NCBI GenBank assembly: GCA_903901345.1
Contig: CAIUQQ010000337.1
Span: 1-58,044 of the forward strand
Source of the DNA: an uncultured Bacteroidota bacterium
GTDB taxonomy: Bacteria > Bacteroidota > Bacteroidia > UKL13-3
Direction: 5' to 3'
Length of the DNA: 58,044 bases
Shown here: positions 56,101 to 58,044 of the stretch, piece by piece
Position numbering within the stretch: position 1 is the first letter of the stretch
Layout of the letters: the number at the start of each line of letters is the position of its first letter
Program-made: the position numbers and the translations under genes
Notes under the pieces: generated by a model
Database searches by the model: none
What the model saw: the letters and a program-made list of their open reading frames with translations, nothing else
What the model was told of the DNA's origin: nothing

Positions 56101-57919
56101 AACGTTCTTGTGTTCCTTTGCCAGTCAAAGCATTATAAAATGCACTGATTGGTGGCAAATCTGCTGAACAAAATCTTCCAAAATTAGCTTTAGTAGAAGG
56201 ATTAGCCGAGTTATAAGTAATGTATGATTGAGTTGCAGTATCATATAAATTAACATTTTGCATTAAATCGCTACCACTTACAACGCTTAAGTTTGATTTG
56301 TTGATCACCCATTTTGATACAAAAGAACCAATAGAACCATGTGCTCTTACAGCACCTAAAGTATTTCCAATTTCTTGGTTCATTAATAAAGTAAAAGTTC
56401 CATTTCCATTGTCATAAGCACCTAAACCATCAGGTATTCCAGCCATTTTATAACCGCTAGGTAATGAATCAGGAACTGTTAATATTGATGTTAATTTAAC
56501 TCCCGATGCCACTGGTAATACATATGGACTTGCTGAACTATTGTTGCCGGTGCTTAAGCCTTGGAATAAAGTTGTTGCAGCGGGAATTTTATAATTCACT
56601 AATTTATTAGCACCACTCAAACCAAAAGTAATAACATGGCTTGTGTTGGTTGTAGCAACAGGAATACCATCAGCTAGCGGACAAGTTTGAGCAAAATCAT
56701 TGTCATTTCCAATGGCTATGGTACTATCATTTATAATGGCTAAACCTTCGGCCTTATCTAAAACAGCTGGCCATCCATTGGCCAATAAATCCATCACTAA
56801 AGTTTTAGTAACTGGTTTAATATTATATGAAGCCAATCCTGTTGAATCAACTAAACCTTCCAATGTATTTGTTCCATATAAACCTGAATGAACAGCAGTA
56901 GCTTGTCCAATATTTATTTGATAAAGTCTTTTTATATCAGAGGTTCCTCTTGCGGCTGCTTCTAATACCAAAAATGTACTGTCGTTAATGGCAGCCATAT
57001 CACCAATCTTCCAGTCTCTTAATCTAATTTGGTTAGAACCTGAGGCGCCAATAATACCATCATTTATATAAACCAACATACGTTGAGCATTTGTTGTAGG
57101 ATCAATTTCTAAAATTCTATGTACTCTAGATGCTTCACCAATTGTAGTATTAGGAAATAATATTGGACTTTGAATTATTGCATATATTTTACCATTTGGA
57201 GCAATTGAAATGCCTTCGAATCCACGGTTGTTTTTTCTGTATTTAAATACTGTGTCAATTTGTGTATCTACTGATTGAACTCCAGGTAAATTAGCATAAG
57301 GTGTATATCTTTGTAATAAAATTCCACTGGCATTTAGTTTCCATATAGTGGCACCACCTTCTTCAGATAACCAAAAATTTCCGTTTTTATCAACTATCAA
57401 TCCTTCAGGATCTATTCCAAAGGTATCTTTAGCAGCAGTTTTAGCAGTGAAATTAGTACAATCTAAAACTGTATCTGTAGAAGCAACTTCTAAAGCTGTA
57501 CTACCCAAACCAGTTGGATTAATTAATCCAGTTGCTGTTAATCCATTTGGTCTTTTAATAGTAATAGTTTGTAAAATCTGAATGTTTATACCATCAATTC
57601 TAATTCTGTGAATTTTGGGAGCGTAGGTTGGAAATGCATACATTTTGTCGTAGGTTGGTCTACAGTTTGTTGTATTGGCATTCGCACAGTCCACATTTAC
57701 ACCTCGATCAGAACAAGTCCAAAATTCCTTTCCATTTGTTCCAGCTATAGGATACAAAGTTGAAAATCCAGCTTCGCGGAAATTAATTCCTTTATAAGTT
57801 CCAATGGCAACAGAACTTGAATTGCTGTAATCTTGAAGTTTAGTAATTTGTGCATTCAATGTTAAATTCATTATACCCAAAAGTATAAAACTTAATAATT
57901 TGTAGTTTAAAATTTTCAT
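53135..57919 (-). CDS. Giant T9SS-secreted multidomain protein: phytase-like esterase domain, PhoX/DUF839-like phosphatase domain, OB-fold-like region, 3 tandem 120-aa repeats, Por tail
   Basis: 1594 aa with a signal peptide. Domain motifs: DPEGLIVDKNGNFWLSEEG and FEGISIAPNGKIYA (phytase-like beta-propeller); GIPDGLGAYDNGNGTFTLLMNQE and FSRPEDGAWDP (PhoX/DUF839-like); VRVRGVITRAWGRFIYIQDSTSAI (OB-like). Three repeats run FNL.NPANN...W.....A..Y.W......G.F..PL......N.G.D..LTL....ID..L...G....DS....WTVF.Y. The tail is VYPNPAQTDLFI...GIYMLSI...KVVITH. Confidence 0.9.
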   Translation of the reverse strand: MKILNYKLLSFILLGIMNLTLNAQITKLQDYSNSSSVAIGTYKGINFREAGFSTLYPIAGTNGKEFWTCSDRGVNVDCANANTTNCRPTYDKMYAFPTYAPKIHRIRIDGINIQILQTITIKRPNGLTATGLINPTGLGSTALEVASTDTVLDCTNFTAKTAAKDTFGIDPEGLIVDKNGNFWLSEEGGATIWKLNASGILLQRYTPYANLPGVQSVDTQIDTVFKYRKNNRGFEGISIAPNGKIYAIIQSPILFPNTTIGEASRVHRILEIDPTTNAQRMLVYINDGIIGASGSNQIRLRDWKIGDMAAINDSTFLVLEAAARGTSDIKRLYQINIGQATAVHSGLYGTNTLEGLVDSTGLASYNIKPVTKTLVMDLLANGWPAVLDKAEGLAIINDSTIAIGNDNDFAQTCPLADGIPVATTNTSHVITFGLSGANKLVNYKIPAATTLFQGLSTGNNSSASPYVLPVASGVKLTSILTVPDSLPSGYKMAGIPDGLGAYDNGNGTFTLLMNQEIGNTLGAVRAHGSIGSFVSKWVINKSNLSVVSGSDLMQNVNLYDTATQSYITYNSANPSTKANFGRFCSADLPPISAFYNALTGKGTQERLFMNGEETNDESRAFAHIVTGTNAGTSWELAALGKGAWENGIASPSTGDKTVVALTNDGTDGQVYFYIGNKTNTGTEVDKAGLTNGTPWGVKVTGFAAERTSTTVINNPPVAGTRFTLVDLGNVKQMSGVAFNTASNTAGITKFSRPEDGAWDPSNPRDFYFNTTDQIDQVNDGVGTQIGRSRVWRLRFDSLSNPSLGGTIEAVLDGTEGQVMLDNMAIDKTGHILLQEDVGNSAHNGKIWQYTIATDILKMIAKHDPARFGDIGLAATAPFNQDEETSGIIDVQDILGAGMFLTADQAHYAISGSAVEGGQLLSLFNPDSYNGINYKTIAQARTLTTDTVRVRGVITRAWGRFIYIQDSTSAIAVRQSSGAMVDSILSNGLKEGDFVEVVGGRGDYNNYAQINIGTGAFGENSRVTKLSSNNNLPAPVLVTVKQINTNGEQYESKVVRIVGLRTSATAATFAASTNNIVWDGATTGDTTLLRIIAAADTEIEDAPALSIPKGAFIFEGILAQFCSSPTNGCALGYQLYGVRKKDVIEMPLSAFNLANPANNSRIVTDSSSTSNVQVNWTKSTNAILYKWMLTSQAGTFTTPLLTLLSNNSGVDSTLTLSSGSVDAILAGLGINRGDSVNTKWTVFAYKSLTDSLQASQVFNLTLARSKVLLGSFNLNSPANNSSVTVEEGNTSLVNINWTKSANATRYKWFATTATGSFTTPLVRLNSNNAGVDTSLTLTSGAIDNLLNTLGVKRTDSVNLKWTVFAYLGTDSIKASQDWNITITRKRILGSFNLSNPANNARLVITPNSTTPIVIDWTASTKATKHTWKAATLAGNFSNPLLNLNADNTGADNKLTLTHNAIDAILIANGVAKGDSIKLQWTVFSYETTDSLKAVETFNIILVRGPGVGVNNIDFKNNINVYPNPAQTDLFINSNNITGNTNVKLYSITGQLLIEENMEASMTNKINVSNLQDGIYMLSIAGNNGKNATIKVVITH

Positions 57920-58044
57920 GTTTTTTCTTCAATTGTGAACTACAAAAAAAACGATTAAGTAAATCGTAAAAGTTAATTTAAAATAATCTTTTTGTTAAAA
58001 TTAATAGGAAAAATTTTTAATGATGAATAATTAATTAATATTGC

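Noticed and set aside
1-58044. Search for tRNA, rRNA, tmRNA, RNase P, riboswitches, transposases, integrases, reverse transcriptases and cas genes
   Set aside because: I found no cloverleaf-compatible GC-rich 70-90-nt segments or rRNA-like regions in intergenic DNA. No ORF carries DDE, tyrosine-recombinase, RT or Cas motifs. A covariance-model scan (Infernal/tRNAscan) would be needed to exclude small ncRNAs formally.

Overview
AT-rich bacterial chromosome segment, almost certainly Bacteroidota. The evidence is five secreted proteins ending in a Por/T9SS-type C-terminal sorting domain, TAnnTTTG-like promoter boxes and no Shine-Dalgarno signals. Housekeeping backbone: sigma-54 activator, miaB, Nif3-family plus zinc-ribbon pair, class-C beta-lactamase-like hydrolase, GH13 amylase, queA, ssb, mutY, HU, a TPR protein, a 29-aa bS22-like basic peptide absent from the ORF track, rng, a 1070-aa UvrD-helicase/RecB-nuclease fusion, hrpB, a PIG-L deacetylase and cysS. 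About 18 kb, roughly a third of the window, encodes five T9SS cargo proteins of 912, 442, 2318, 849 and 1594 aa. I found no rRNA, tRNA, CRISPR array, transposase or integrase. The unusual content is non-autonomous and repeat-driven. (1) An XRE-gated six-gene orphan operon (29.9-33.4 kb) encodes small membrane, SHOCT, MORN/YwqK-like, lipoprotein and acidic proteins. It sits next to a compositionally distinct hrpB. (2) A 100-bp duplication of the hrpB 3' end brackets a 752-bp cassette. (3) A 1-kb repeat-dense intergenic region holds a MITE-like element with about 30-bp terminal inverted repeats and a 16-unit 21-bp minisatellite with 63-bp higher-order structure. (4) At least two families of GC-rich REP-like repeats occur, one pair embedded in frame inside the PIG-L gene. 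(5) Five paralogous signal-peptide/2-TM small proteins lie in two tandem clusters. I cannot assign a function to any of these candidates from sequence alone. The XRE operon is my best guess for an undescribed module, and that guess is speculative.
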